From contig JBNZDD010013718.1 in assembly GCA_050575255.1 (NCBI GenBank), positions 3,281,098 through 3,345,097 of the forward strand: DNA of 64,000 nt, in the 5' to 3' direction. A model generated the notes under the pieces. It worked only from the letters and a program-made list of their open reading frames with translations, was not told where the DNA came from and ran no database searches. Every line of letters begins with the position of its first letter. Position 1 is the first letter of the stretch. Origin of the DNA: Harriotta raleighana (lineage: Eukaryota). Shown here piece after piece: positions 37,046-50,898 of this stretch. The position numbers were made by a program, and so were the translations under genes.

Positions 37046-37281
37046 ATAGTAGAGATGCCTGAGCATTCAAGAGGCCACTAGTTTCTTTCCATTTTGTGAA
37101 TAGTTCTGTCCTGTTTACCCACTTGAACTCATCTGGACCTAATTAATAGCTTGATACAATAATGGAAAGACGATAGAGTGGATATTCTAGAAGGATAAGT
37201 TCAAATGGGCTTGAGGGCTTCCCTTATATGTTCCTCACTTGTCATCTTGTAGTTGACTTTTTGGGGGTCACTTTGGTGTCA
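36944..37281. repeat. Identical 65-bp direct repeat pair (36944-37008 and 37217-37281)
   Basis: gcttcccttatatgttcctcacttgtcatcttgtagttgactttttgggggtcactttggtgtca occurs twice with no mismatch, separated by a 208-bp spacer. Confidence 0.95.
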
Positions 37282-37424
37282 TGTAGGCACCAATAATTAT
37301 AGTATGCATGGTTGAATCAAATCATCTGATTCATCCTTTCATTTTAAAAACAAAGTCAGCTTACAATCATTTTCACAAGAATAATATTATAGTGGAACGT
37401 ATTAATACTGTTATATCCATTATT

Positions 37425-37785
37425 CATCCTGTACATCTGAGCTACAATAATCGTTGAGGTATTGATATATTATCAGGAAGCGCTGTATTGTTAGAGGTAC
37501 TGTGTTTCAAAAGAGATACTAAACTGAGTTCTGTGTGTCTGTTGAGGTGGACATTAAAAATCTGATTATTCGAAACAAAAAGAGTTTCTCTCATTGCACA
37601 GCATAAGAAAATATGGCCCTTTGCTTCACAGTCATTTGAGGGTCAAATTATGCTTGTGCAAATTGGCTGTTAGGTTTGCCTACAAATTCACATTCACTAC
37701 ACTTTACAACAAAACTCTGAAGTGGCTTTGAGATGTTTCAGTGTGATAAATTGCAATATTTGTATGGGCAATTATTTATTATTTA
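37425..37785 (+). mobile_element. Deu-domain SINE, decayed
   Basis: gcgctgtattgttagaggtactgtgtttc...gaggtggacattaaaaatc...tgtgcaaattggctg...tgaagtggctttgagatg. Confidence 0.7.
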
Positions 37786-40007
37786 GACAATGAAAAAAAG
37801 GGTTTTTTATGCCTCGCTCTCAGGGCTTGGTGGAACCATGCACAGTAGTAGCTGGCAGTGCATTGACCTCAATACCCAACCAAACCTGTCCAAACACATA
37901 TTGAATGCACATTGTCCCAGAGGTTAGCAATGTAGTACAGCTGTTTTCCACTATATGCAAACAGTCATGCATCCCAGCTGCTGCTGTCACCAGTGAAACC
38001 CATGAGGGGGGTCTGCAGTACATTCTTTTGAAACTGAAGTATTCATTTCGATGACCTACATAAGGGTATATTTCAGACTGTTTTTTTTTACTTCCTGGTG
38101 ATGAAATGTACACGTGTTCTTGAATAATACCCAAATTGTTTTTAAATGTAAGGAAAGCAAATGCTCGTTATCCCATAACTTGAGCTAGAAAAGTCTTAAC
38201 CATGATATAAAACTGGAAGCCATTCAACAACAACCTTTGAATATAACAGCACGGAAGCTTACTTGGGGCCTTGGAAAATGCCATAGCAACAATATGTGTC
38301 TGACCCAGGGTTGCTTAGGGGCGCTACATCATAAAAATATTCATGACTGACTGTGTCCACCGGCCATCATTCTGCATTTACAGAACTGAATATTTCACCA
38401 CAAGTTGTCTGAACAATTAAGGAACGCTAATTTAACAACATTAGGTCAGATGTGTAAAGGCACACGCAAGAGCAATAATTAATATTAATGTAACATATTG
38501 TGCTACCCCTGATCTAATATTCTTTCGTTTAAAATTCCAGTTAAAAAAAATCATGTTTGCCAAATTGTGCACATGCCATATTAAGCTTGTTAAAGTCTTG
38601 TTTAAGGCCATTAAGCAACACAAAGTCCACAGTTGTGCCTTAGATCAGGCACAAAGGCCAATGAACAGATCACATCAGCTCAGCCTGTGCTTCAGTGAGT
38701 GATGGAAACATTTTCCGTGTGGAAGAGGCAACTGAGATGACTCCTGAATAGAAACGTATAGATTTGCAGCAAGGAAGAAATTTGGAGTAACAAGTCTTGG
38801 CCCACCTGCATGTATAGGAGGAGAATAAGGTACAGGTATACAAAGCCAATTGGAGGATAACATGTGATACAATGCTTCAATGGATGAAATACTTTTGAGT
38901 GCTTTGTCCTTTGTGAAATATATCTCTTAAATGCAAATCGTTGTTATGAAAATGAGCCAAATCAGTTACCTGCAATTCACAGAGATTGAAACTTCATATT
39001 TATAAATTAAATCCACTATTTAAACTGGCGGTTCAACTTGCAATTCATCTGATAAAATATGTTGCCCTCAGAACAATTAATTTGCTTCAATGACTAATTG
39101 TTTAAATGTGAGGAAAGCTACACTGTAAAAGTGAAATCAACATTTACATTTTTCCGCAGAGCAAATTGGCTCATTAGTTTTTCATAATTAAAGTGCAGCT
39201 TCACATTTGTGCCAAGTGTCTTTTGGTTTCTTCAACTTGTGTTTAAATCCTAAAACCAAGGTGATGATTTAACAGAGCAATATTCACTTCTGGCCATCAG
39301 ATAGGAATTGAGTTTTAGGTGGTTTGGGAACACAGGATTATTCCTGATTGATGGCTGATTTAGACTACACATGATGTGGAGAGTAGTTTTAAGTAGGCTC
39401 ATTAAGATGTTGCTATGCAATAACATTATCTTCTGGTATTTTATTATGAAATATTTCCAGACTGGATGTGTCACCTATGGCTGGAAATGTGAAGTCCATT
39501 GCACTGATGAACTGACTGTGATCTGACCCCTTGATTCCAATTAGCTAATTCCATTATCATTCTCAACCTGTGGCACATAATTTAAGGTTGATTTGAACTG
39601 TGGAAGATCATTTTTATGTTTGTGTCTCACAGGTGCAAAATCCAGTAGTGTATTTAAAATTATCTATTTAAAAAAAGGCTGTTATACTGGCCTCTTGTTA
39701 CACCCACATCAGGTGCAAAACTCAGTCACTTCTGTGCAAGCTCCCCCAGTACCAATGGCATGGGAATACAATTGTGCTGGAACCTAAGAGAAAGAAAAAG
39801 CTTTAAAGAAAACACACATGGAAAAACAATGCTTATAAAAGATATTACCTAATTATCATGCTTATGTTGCTAAATTTAAAGTCTGTAAATGATTAAATAA
39901 ATGCCATGCATAGGCTCCAATAAGTGCAGAGAGTTGCATTGCATATTTTTGTTTCAAGAACTGCAATAAAGCAACTTGCCGAACCCAGATTATTGTTTGA
40001 TATCACT

Positions 40008-40170
40008 AACAATAATCTTTGTATTTGATAAAGCACCTTTAATGTTGGGAGGACTCCCAAAGCGCTTCATAAGATTTACTGCAAAGGGTAGAGACTGTAT
40101 TTTGTAGGTGAACGTAGGAACAAATTTTCCATACAGCATTCTCCCACACACAGCAGTATCCCACAAACTG
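40008..40170 (-). mobile_element. SINE 3' fragment
   Basis: aataatctttgtatttgataaagcacc...caaagcgcttcata...gactgtattttgtagg...cacagcagtatcccacaaac. Confidence 0.75.
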
Positions 40171-40409
40171 GCGTGAACAAGGTCTGTGAATATCTAATAA
40201 AGAATATTAGGGTTCAGAAACAGAGAATCTAAAATGTACATTAAATTTTTATTTTTTATTTTATTTATATATTATATTTATATAGCGTCTTTCACGTGCT
40301 AAAGTATTGGTTGGGGCTCGCTGATACAAGATAGAAATTTCAGTGCCAAAAGTCAACTACCTAAACTGATGCTTTTTGTGGAATATTGCATGAGATGAGG
40401 ATAATGTGT

Positions 40410-40540
40410 TTCTTCTTCCTTCTTCAAGACCCTCCTCTTTGACCGTGCCTTCAGCCACCGTCCTACCTCTCGGCCCTCCCTGATCATGCTTTTGATTTTT
40501 GAATGTAATTGCAAAGCTTTATATATGTGAATAAACAAAA
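40410..40540 (+). mobile_element. L2 3' remnant
   Basis: tcaagaccctcctctttgacc is identical to the segment at ~1043-1063 of the L2 copy. Confidence 0.7.
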
Positions 40541-43500
40541 CAAAAATGTACGATAGATAACTTTGGGGGAAAGAAAATAATGACATAAAGTTCCAGCACG
40601 ACTGTTCCTGAACCTGAACTATCGCGATGAATCATTGCGGCAATAAAACAGTTGTACAAGTTATTTATCATATATCGTGGACTAGATTATTGAAGCAGAG
40701 GATTTTTTAATAAAGATTTAGTAAAAGTGATATGAGAATATTTCAATAGTGCAATCACACATAAATGATGATCAGTCATTCTTCAGAAAAATTCTCTTAA
40801 GTTTAAAAGAAAATTAAACTCAAACCAATTTTAGCACATTTGTCTTCCATGTGGCTAAGTGAACCAAAGTGTTGACAAGCATTGTGATTCTCTCCATCAC
40901 AAATCACAATGAGAACCATGAGTACCTCAAAAACATTTCTTAATAACTACATATTACACATTTTGGTTAAAATTGTAAGCATTGTCCTGTTATTAATTGT
41001 ACATTTGTAAAAACTATTTCTTCATTCTTAGCCTAACATTCATAAATGATTTACAGCTATTGATATTTACTTTATTTTTATTTTGTAATTCACCAAATCA
41101 TATTTAAAATGTATATGGGATGCAATTCCCTTATGTCTACAGCCATCAAGCGGTATTGATTCCTACCGTATCTTAGTGCTGACAATAAATGTACACACTG
41201 CTTGACTTAAGTACAGATGAATGAGGAAACTTGAAAGTCAAAGAACTAGTAAAGTTCTCACAGTCTCGAGTCTTTTATTGATTCCAATAAACCAAGCTAT
41301 GCTTTGGAGACCAACCTTTCCTCCATCTGCATTGAGCCCTTGGTTCAAACACAGGTGAGCTGACAGTGATGGTATCATAGTTATTGACTGGACTGGGAAG
41401 AGACTGGCTCCAACTATTTGGATTGCTGTAGAGGATAGGGGAAGATTGAACTGCAGAGTCACAGCTTTTGAAAAAGATCTCATGTATTGCCAACACTGGG
41501 GAGGAATCATTAACACCATCAAAGATAAGAGATATCATTATTTTAGTCACAAAATTCAACACGTATTGATGTGTCCTGGGAATTTCCTTGAATAATATTG
41601 AGTAACAGTCAAATTTTCTCTGTTACGGCTACTCAAGTATAAGGCCATTAGCCGCTTCAGGATACAATTCAACATTGCTTTGCTTCAGTTGAACTAGATA
41701 AGCAGTTTGTCCCAAATGTCCTCAAATCTGAGCACAATCAGTGGGTGACAGATCTGCAGGATCTCAAGTATGTAGAAACTTGACTGTGGTCTGTTTTAAT
41801 TGGATCAATCCTTCAGTTAATGAGCTTAATTGCTGTTTTGCTGACAGATTCGCCAAACCATTTCCAAATCGGAAACAGGTGCTGGAAACTTGTAACCCCC
41901 ATTCCCAGTCGATAAATATATTAATGCATTCGTGTTTTGTTGTTGTAATGTCATTCAACTGTTTCAGAAACACTCTAGAATTTGCTCCAAAGAAACTACC
42001 TTGTTTCATTTTTTTTTAAAAAGGATTTACTATTCCATAGAATCATCAGGATTCAAGGTTTGAAATCTGTTTCAGTAATATCAACATTTTATATTCTAAA
42101 ATAAACAGTACTTCATCTTAAAATGGTTAAATATCTATAATTAATAATGATACAATGATATGAATATGTTTTTGTGTTTGATTCATCTAAAGCTATGTCT
42201 CGGGTTCATAATGCATACTTTGACACTTACCTAATCTCAGCCAAGGCACAAATTGAGTTGTTAATTCATTTTTGTACCAATGGGTTAGGAAGGAAGTGGA
42301 GAAATCTTCCAAGCTTAATTTTTAGTCAATTTGGATTCTTCCAAGAAGATCTAGAATATGAGTAAAATTGAGCAGCAGAAAGCCAGAGACATAATATGAC
42401 GTGAAAGGGCTGAGAGATAGGGGGACTAGCCTTTCTTTCATCCACAGAGAGATACTTTCCAGAGGCTCCAGTCTCTCAGTATGTTTCAACCATTTTGCCA
42501 AGTATCTACTTGAAATAATACATGCACTTTTTCAAAACTCTACAGTCCTGATTAGTCAATGGCCAACAACTTATCCTTCCCTGAAGTAATCCTTTTCTTT
42601 TCCTTCTTTAACCGGGGATGTTATTACCTTTCCTATATATTTCAGAACACTGTATATAGAATATATAAATAAGATCAACTCCTCAGTCTTTAAATTATTG
42701 ATAGCATTTTGTGAAAACGCAGATAATAAGAACATTTTAAGGTGAGATGCCCATTTGTGGTTTTAGTGTTACTTAACTCATTTGACACAAAAAAAAATGT
42801 AATTGGCTCTCTGGTGCAACTTATGGATGACCAAATGCAAATAAAAGAATAAACACACAGGCAGACTTCACACCAAACATATGAATGAAAGGTAGCTGAA
42901 AAGAGGCAGAAGAGTGACAAGTGCAGAGAAAACTTTATGAATATAGAAATAGATTTTCTTATTAAAGTAAGTTACTGCAATCAAAAGAGAAGAAGTTACA
43001 GGAAGGACGATATGGGATAAATATTGATCAAGCATATCTAGGAAAAATTGTGAGTAAAAGTATTATTTCATCCCAAATCAGATAGAAAGTGAACAATTGT
43101 TGTCCAGAAATGTCAATCAAAGGTTTGGAAGAACACTTGGCTTAAACTAAACAGACTGTCAGTAGATTTTCAGTTAATCCAATGCTCCATTTTCTACTGA
43201 TTATTCAATAACCATTAGATCGAATAGATCTGTTGCATACTCCCAGCCAATATCATAGATGGACCTCTGCTAAAAGGTAATGTATCTTCAGCTTTATGTT
43301 CCACTTCAAGGGATTTGGGTCATTGTTCATCTCTATAGAGGTCCACTCGTGATTAGGGGCTGAATCAGATGATCTCTTTGTGCTACAGTTTTTGAAGCTT
43401 CAGAAATAATGAGTTGACATAACACCACAGAATTCCTGTTTGAGTTGCAGCTGTTACTCACGGAGGATTTAGGAAAACAAATATAATGATCTACTCGTGA

Positions 43501-44559
43501 TCAATGCAACCATTAGGTGTAAGATATACATGAACATAGAAGGTTCTCTAATACCTATCTGATATGAGACATGATCATAAAAGCGAGAATAGTCACACGG
43601 TCACAAGAGAGGTTTGGATGAAGAACACTCTTTGACACATCTTTCCAGAACACCTATACTATTGTGCATTTGTAATATAAACATGTTGATTTTCAGGTTA
43701 AAGAATAATTATCATAGTGTTACCATGGTATATAATTGTGAAGAAATATTGTTATGTAGAACTGGTTTCACAGTACTGTAATATCTTGTGACCATTTATT
43801 CTCCACACATGATCCCTGACCTACTATGGAATGCCATGATGCAAACTCAGCCTTGTCGACTTTACAGTTTCTAGTATTAAAAGCAGATCCTTAAGTCTGT
43901 TCCCTTGAAAGCTCTTTTGATCAATTCAGCATTAGAATTGGGTTTTGGTGTCCACCTGGCTATGTTGGTATCAATCTCATCTCTGAGACATAAGGTAGTT
44001 CAAGCTTCACCTCGAGTCTTTGAGTTCACAATCTTTGCTGATACAGTACTTCAATGCAAAGGTGTTAAATCATTCATAGATCACTTGTTCAATAGCAACA
44101 TTGATTTCAGTCCTGAAACAGTCAAATTCTCTCAGCACTCTTTGAAATTCCTGAAGCAGTTTGACAGAGGCTCCACCAAGTAAGGCAAAAATGGCTGAAT
44201 GTTTGACTATCTTGTCTTTTATTGAAGTTATTGTATTATTTTAAATAGTTGATTGATAATAGTTTTTTCAGCCATAATGTTCTAGTAAAGAACTTCATAA
44301 TAAGTATGTTTTCCAACTACATAAGAGTCACTGAAAAGTGCCTGTTGAAAATAAAGTCATCACTCCTATCTTTTTACTAAACCTTTTCCAGCAGCAATGC
44401 AGAACTGGAATTGACTAATTTGGAGCTGACCTACCCTCTTTATCCGTTTTTTTGGCTCATGAGAATCGGAGCAGGGGAAAAGAGCAGAGGTCATTACACA
44501 AGTACACAAACCGCTCACTTCCTGATCTCTGTGGCCACCCCCTCAAAAAAAATCCTACA

Positions 44560-44660
44560 TTGGGATTAAATCGCTCTTTTCAAAGAGCCGGCACAGACTA
44601 GATGGGCCGAATGGCCTCCTTTTGTGCCGTAAACTTCTATGAATCTATGAATCTATGAAT
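44560..44660 (+). mobile_element. Very short CR1 3' end with intact octamer tail
   Basis: caaagagccggcacagactagatgggccgaatggcctccttttgtgccgtaaac followed by (tctatgaa)x3; CpGs are retained. Confidence 0.9.
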
Positions 44661-44689
44661 TGCAGTCATAGTGATTTTACAGGTATATA

Positions 44690-44795
44690 ATCATAACAAT
44701 GCATGCATTTAATACAATGCATTTCCCATCAGGAGGACATCAAAAAGAGGTGCACATGATATACTGTAAAGTGAAGTGACTGTGTTTTGTTACAT
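44690..44795 (-). mobile_element. SINE 3' fragment, decayed
   Basis: tgcatttaatacaatgc...atatactgtaaagtgaagtgactgtgttttgt. Confidence 0.55.
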
Positions 44796-47700
44796 AATTT
44801 TGTTTATGAAAAAATGAATTCAGATGCTATCATGGAGAAGTGTATTTTTATTGAAGTCCTGAATGAAATGAATCAGTGGATTTTGCACATTTTGCACATG
44901 ATAAGATATAAGGCCCACATTAACTTGTTAAAGCATGAGTCTTAATCTACAACAGCACTTTACATCCAGGAAATAAATCACTAAGGCACTATCATTAATA
45001 TGGTTTAAATTCTGATTAAAATGACCAATATTTGTACACAGTAATGGCAAATCTGGTCTGAGCTTTTATGCCACAAGTGGCAGACTGGTGTTAACACCCA
45101 CCCTGAGCTCCAGTACTTAATTTGTCCTGTCAGACAAGCTTCTGCTACAAACAAGCCTGTGATTGACTTCATCACTTTTACTCTCTTGTTGTTCTTTCCA
45201 AAATCCAATGCTGGGGAAATTTTCTCTCCTTTGCCAGGATGAACAGTGTAATGTAACTGGAAGTGTTCATTAGGTAAGACTGTGCCTGAAAATACTATAA
45301 GAGTGGCCTCTTTTATAATATATGCTGAAATGTATGACTTTTTCATTTTGATCTGATTATCTTGAAAGGCAGGTACAATATACTAAACTGAGCACTGTTA
45401 AAACATAATTTGCGGGTTCCCCTGTATATTGCTGTACAGATGTCAGAGAAGCTTATGTTGAAAGGTTGCAGTTCCTTTGTGTGGATAGGTTTGTCTATTC
45501 CCATTGTGCACTGAATTTTCCTGAGTGTTGACATTGCTGTCTTTGTTTTGTCCTGATGTGGATAGGGTCCTTTGTTTACTCATCTGTGCACTATGTTGGT
45601 CTTGCAATGGCCTACCATAAAAATGCATCCATCATCAACTCCTAGTGAACTGTAAATTAACAGCAGAAAGGTCATGGCTTATGTAGGGTCTTACCTGTAC
45701 AGTATGTAGAGACAGGTAGTGTGAATTGTGACTTTAATGTTCTGCATCCAATTGGTATTAAAAGGGAAAACCTGAACAAACAATATAAATCCAGTCAGGC
45801 TGCCTTGCCCAGATGTAGGCCTTTAAACAATGTCACAATCAGCCTGGAATTAGCTTTGTGATGTATAGCCCCCTCTTAGTAAGCGACTGAAAAGAAAACA
45901 AAACAGCCCATTATTAAAAAAACAGCTGTTGCTTCTGGGAAAGAGAACAAGAGACTGGGGAGCATTTCCCTGACATACTTTCAGTCTGGAATCAATTTTT
46001 CATCTACATGCATAATTATATGTTATTACCAGAGTTGGATATTGTCCAGGATGTATTGCATTAATATGCCAAGGCTGAAGACCTGCCCGTGTTAGCATGT
46101 TATCAAAGGAAATTGAGGCATGTACAGGGTAGGAAACAACCTGGCTGGTCTCAAAGTAAAGCAGAATCAAACATTACTTTCTCTCTCTAATACTCTCAAT
46201 CATTTTACAGGAAGCCAATTTTCCCACATCAACCTGTAACTAAACTGCACTTTTTTTTCTGTTTATCTGATATCAGAATAAAACCTTTTTTTTTTAAAAA
46301 AGGCAAATCTTTGAAACATGTCAAAGCATGTCACAAGATTTTTACTGTGACTTGTAGTGACTGTGTATTTGTGGGCAAATGGTTAGTTCATGCATAACTA
46401 TTTTTTTTAAAAAGGTGCGTTTTGTTTTTCCCGACTGCCTAACATTCAGGGGGTGAAATCTCTCAGTGTAACGTGTGGCAATATTTGTCATACATCTATT
46501 AAAAGACCTCGCTAAACCTCCACATTGATTTACTTTGAGCACTTTGACAACTTTCCTGCATCTACTCTGTGGGGATGATATCTGACTCACTTCACCCATA
46601 TGGCTGGACGCATCTGTTCGAAAACTGTGCCGCCAAAACTCCTGTTTTCCCTACTTTATTCTTTCCCGCACTTTGCTTTACCCAGAGCAAAAATATTCTG
46701 GTGAGGCAGTTTCTCATCTTTCAACAATGCCAACAAAATATCAGGGATTGGGTGGCAATGTAAACATTGTGCAGTGATTTATAGTTTGTTTTAATCAGAT
46801 GTCCATGGTTATTAGTCTCTACAGGGAATCCATATGGCGTGTCATTAGTGTCCTGGCATTTTACCACCAGACCACCCTATCTTCATAATTGAATGGAATA
46901 TTATTGGGAATATTAATGCTGATAAACATTTCTGGTTTATTTCAAGTTCTGACGTTTGCTAAAATTGGCAGAGCAAAATTTAAACGCTTTTGGTCACTTT
47001 TTCTACCCAGAACAAGATTGCAACTGTGCCACTGGGTATGGAAGTCTAATAAAAAGTCAGTATGGTTTGGCATTTCTTGTGTTAGCAAAGCTTAGGCTGC
47101 AATATCTTGCTCCGTTTTGGCAGCCCTTTGTGCACTTTGATGGTCTTGTTTAATGTAACTGCTCCCTGGTGTTTGCTTAAGTTTCAATAAAGCCGACTGT
47201 TTGTTGCACCTTTACAAATTCTTTGACTTTTTTGTTTCAACCACCTGGTTGTATTTGCTCAACAGGGTTATACTCTCAGCAGTCACTGGCTTGCTGCTCC
47301 AACTGAGCTTGAAAGGGCTAGGTCATTTGGCATTAATTTGAAAGATCAAGTGGGAAGACGGTAGGGTTACGTGAAACAAAGTGCGGTCTTATCTGTGCCA
47401 GTTGTCACTCAGAGAACTCCTACAAGTACCTGGGTATCTGGCACACACAACTCTAATCAGCTTTCAGTGCAAGCATGTTTCTTGGTGCAACCAGATACTG
47501 CCTCCCTTGCACTTGTTAGCATAGTTCTGACTTTAACCCTTTAAAAGTCCATTCAGGACTGACTGCAGTAAAACCTTTATCGCACAACCCTGAATTAGCA
47601 TTTAAAGTTTTATTTGGGCAAAGTGTGAATGAAGAAGTCTTCTGTTTTTGCAAGTGTTGCCAGCTTTCTGTCTTTGATCACATAGCTTTTGGAAACTTGT

Positions 47701-49217
47701 GGGATAAAATGGTTGTGGCAGATGTTTTGCAATAGAATATATTGCATTTTGAAAGCTTTGAGGCACATTTAATAGTGCAAAGGATTAAATAACCATTCAG
47801 CACTTATGTAATAGAAATATAGCCAAGAAAATAAACTTGACAGTGGATGTACTTCCAGTAATAATGGACCATAATGATCACTAATCATAGCCAGCAGTCA
47901 TTTACTGGTTGATCACCCACAACTTCACGTATCCGGTAAATCTTTGCTCCTTATCACAGCTGCATTTTGCTAAAAGTTACAATTGGAATCTCCGATATCT
48001 TTGGTAACCATTAGATTCAACATTGGATCTAATTATTGAGTTACCGTACTTCACAGTTGGCTTCTCAAATCAACTATTTTGAATAAATAATTTAATAAGC
48101 AAAGTTGCAGAGGCAGGACTGGTCTTTCTAATTGATACGCTACACTCGTTGAAAATAAGGAAAACTAACCAATCAAGAGAAAACCAGTAAAATGAAAGAT
48201 TTTGCTTTGAGGGTCAAGTTACAAGTGAACATTTGGAATTTTGCCCCGTGCAATTCTAAAAGTTTAAAACAAGCAGATTTCTGTAGTCAATTAGTAGCAG
48301 AATAATTTGATTGCTGTCGGCAACTACTTTCGGTGTTGATTCACTAAACAGTTGTAATCCTAAACTGCCCACAGGCTTTCCCTGGCAAAATACTAATTCA
48401 AGACTAATTTGACTCTCCTTTCTGTCGAGCTGTTCTGAAAGTTCCCATGAGAAAGAAAGACTCCAAAACAAACAGTGAGGACAATAAAACACGCTCACCT
48501 CACTGTGAAAGGTACAAATGAAATTAGCCTCCCGCAAAAAAGGGAAGATGTTTCATCTCGCAGCAATAATGTCATGCCAGTAAGGAAATGTTGTCTTTTG
48601 GGATGAAAAATTGTGTGCGAGCATTCAGCCCAGCTCTATTCAGCTGAAGCTCTTGTCGAACTCGATCACAGAAGGATGCAACTGTTGGGCCAGCCTCTTT
48701 GGGCCTGCTCTATAGAGCTGGACAGTGCTTGATACTTTGAGGTGTCAGACCTTTTGTATCCAGTACTAGTTTATGATGCTGATGTCAAGCATCCCAGTCA
48801 ATGAGCACTTTGTCCAGGGCCCTGGCTGGGGCAGTGGGAAACTGCCCACTCCTATCCCATCCCCATCCATCTTCTTCCAGCCTGTTGTCCACTTTTCCCC
48901 TTTGGATATTGAGGATCCCCAGTTAATGTACTGGAAAATTGCTCAGCATGTTTATGGGCGCCTGATAAATGAAAGAAAAATAAAATTCACTTGGAGTGAA
49001 ACTTTTTTCCCACTGAACTCCCAGAGCAGCCCTTTGCTTGTCGGTTGTGACCTCTATTAAAAGTCTGAATGGGATTCCAGAGGTGTATGCTGCAATCTGG
49101 CAGAACTCCACTTTTCAATTGATTTTTTTTCACAATGGGAACAGAGTTTCCGTGATGTTACTTCCAGCTGCACCATTCTGCGTTCCTACAACAAAGGAGA
49201 ATGATGAGCAAGCTGCT

Positions 49218-49258
49218 TATATATATATATATATAGATACATACATAAAATATATATA
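49218..49258. repeat. (TA)n microsatellite
   Basis: tatatatatatatatatagatacatacataaaatatatata. Confidence 0.85.
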
Positions 49259-50051
49259 AAGTTTAAACAAGAAAATTCATTTAATTTAGAAAGGAGTCAC
49301 GGGAACAGAAACTTGTGGCAACTTCCTCTAAGTAAGGACTAAGGCAAGCAACTTGCTCATTCCTCTTGAAATTACTTTAATTTATTTCTTAAATAACTTA
49401 TTTCTAGAGTTGTTAAGGTGAACATTTTTCTAATAGATTTTCTTTTTCTAAATAAAACTTGATTTACTTGACCAGTTGCCTCATGTTTAGTTGATTAGGA
49501 AAACAGAAACTTCTAACATAAATACTGTATGTGAGTGGGGGTAGAATTAGCAGTATCAAAAAAAATTCATACGTTGAAATTAAACTCATTTTCATAACTG
49601 CATCAGACCCAGATAATAGTTGCAAATATTTACAAGTACCATTGGTAATATTGTCCTAAATTTCTAAAGATTTCTGTTGGGCAGAAAATGTAATGGAAGT
49701 CTGTTGACGTGTTGAGGGTTGTAGATGCATTCCTGTACTCAAATAAACAAAGGATTTCTGATGGGTGACGAGGTTCTTCACTGAGTGTGAGAGGCTCTCA
49801 CTTGCAGCAGATGGAAATGAGTTATGGCAACATATTGAATGAGTAAACAAAATGTCAGGTACTTCCCATTGGTACTGAGACCAGGTGCTTGTTGTCATGA
49901 GTGAAATATTCTGTTTATTCCATGGCTTTACCTCTGCTGATCTACTCCGATTAATTCTGGTGTACTGCCCAATGTTGTGCGCATTTCTGCCATTAATTCT
50001 TTCATCTCGTAAATACTGGATGGAGTTCTGTTTGTCTCTCGATGATAACGT

Positions 50052-50355
50052 GGAGTCCTGTAGCTCAGTGATTAGAACACCCGCCTTGCAAGCGAGAGAC
50101 CTGGGTTCAATTGCAGGCAGGGCGAAACTTTGGTCAAGTTTCCTTACTCCACATGCCTGATAATAATCCCTCAAAAACAATTGGTCACTACAATCCACGA
50201 CTGTTTGTTGGACACTGCAGTGCGCAATTAGCTGCCATGTTTTTCCCACAAATATACAGTGAATTCACTTTACAGTATATTCTGTGAAGCTCTTTGAGAT
50301 ATCTAGAAGCCGTGAAAAGCGCAATATCATATGTAAGGTTTATTATCATTATTAT
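50052..50355 (+). mobile_element. Full-length short tRNA-derived SINE (best copy in the window)
   Basis: ggagtcctgtagctcagtgattag (A box), gggttcaattgc (B box), body, then L2-type tail tgtgaagctctttgag...gtgaaaagcgcaatatc...(tta)n. Confidence 0.92.
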
Positions 50356-50692
50356 AACTGGAGAGAAATAGTGCAAGGATTTGCTATTTTCAAGGATTGT
50401 GATGTGACAGAATTCGGTTTATTCTTTGTGGCATTTATTTATTGCCATAACGGGAGAAACCACATATTTATTTTGTACATTAACACACTTGAAACTGTTC
50501 CCAAGTAAACTGTACACAGAAGAGGATCCACACTGCAGGGTTTTTTTTTAACTTGTGTGACTATTTTATGCTGTAATTGTATAGATGGTCAGTGCATATT
50601 CGCGATTCTCATTCTTCCTTCTCAGTGTCTCTGCAAAGACATTACCCTACATGGAAGGGACGGCATAAACACAACCTAATGTTGTAGCTATT

Positions 50693-50898
50693 CAGTGATG
50701 GTGAACCCATGGCCCGCAGCTGTGAAGAAATGGCGCATCGAACATTCGCATTAGTCTAATTGAGTCAGTTTTAAATCAAGCTTTTCTTTCCAGTTTTTTC
50801 TCGATTGCAGATTTCTTGATTCATTGAATAAGTCAAGACATATTCAACCAGGAAAATATATCTTGTTGGTCGACCAAACAAAATGTTGGCCACCACTG
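50693..50898. mobile_element. Possible hAT-type MITE remnant
   Basis: Left end cagtgatggtgaacc and right end gttggccaccactg (reverse complement cagtggtggccaac) form imperfect CAG-starting terminal inverted repeats. No 8-bp target-site duplication is visible. Confidence 0.45.

Noticed and set aside
36944-37281. CRISPR-like or LTR interpretation of the direct repeats
   Set aside because: Only two 65-bp copies in a vertebrate context with no cas genes. There is no clear TG start, primer-binding site or target-site duplication, and one copy interrupts a SINE.
50052-50125. Possible tRNA genes (also 25875-25947 and 59287-59360)
   Set aside because: No proper acceptor stem, the anticodon positions differ between copies, and each continues into a SINE body and tail.
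49656-50249. Longest ORF (197 aa, minus strand)
   Set aside because: Its 5' third is antisense read-through of the SINE at 50052-50355, and the rest shows no recognisable domain.
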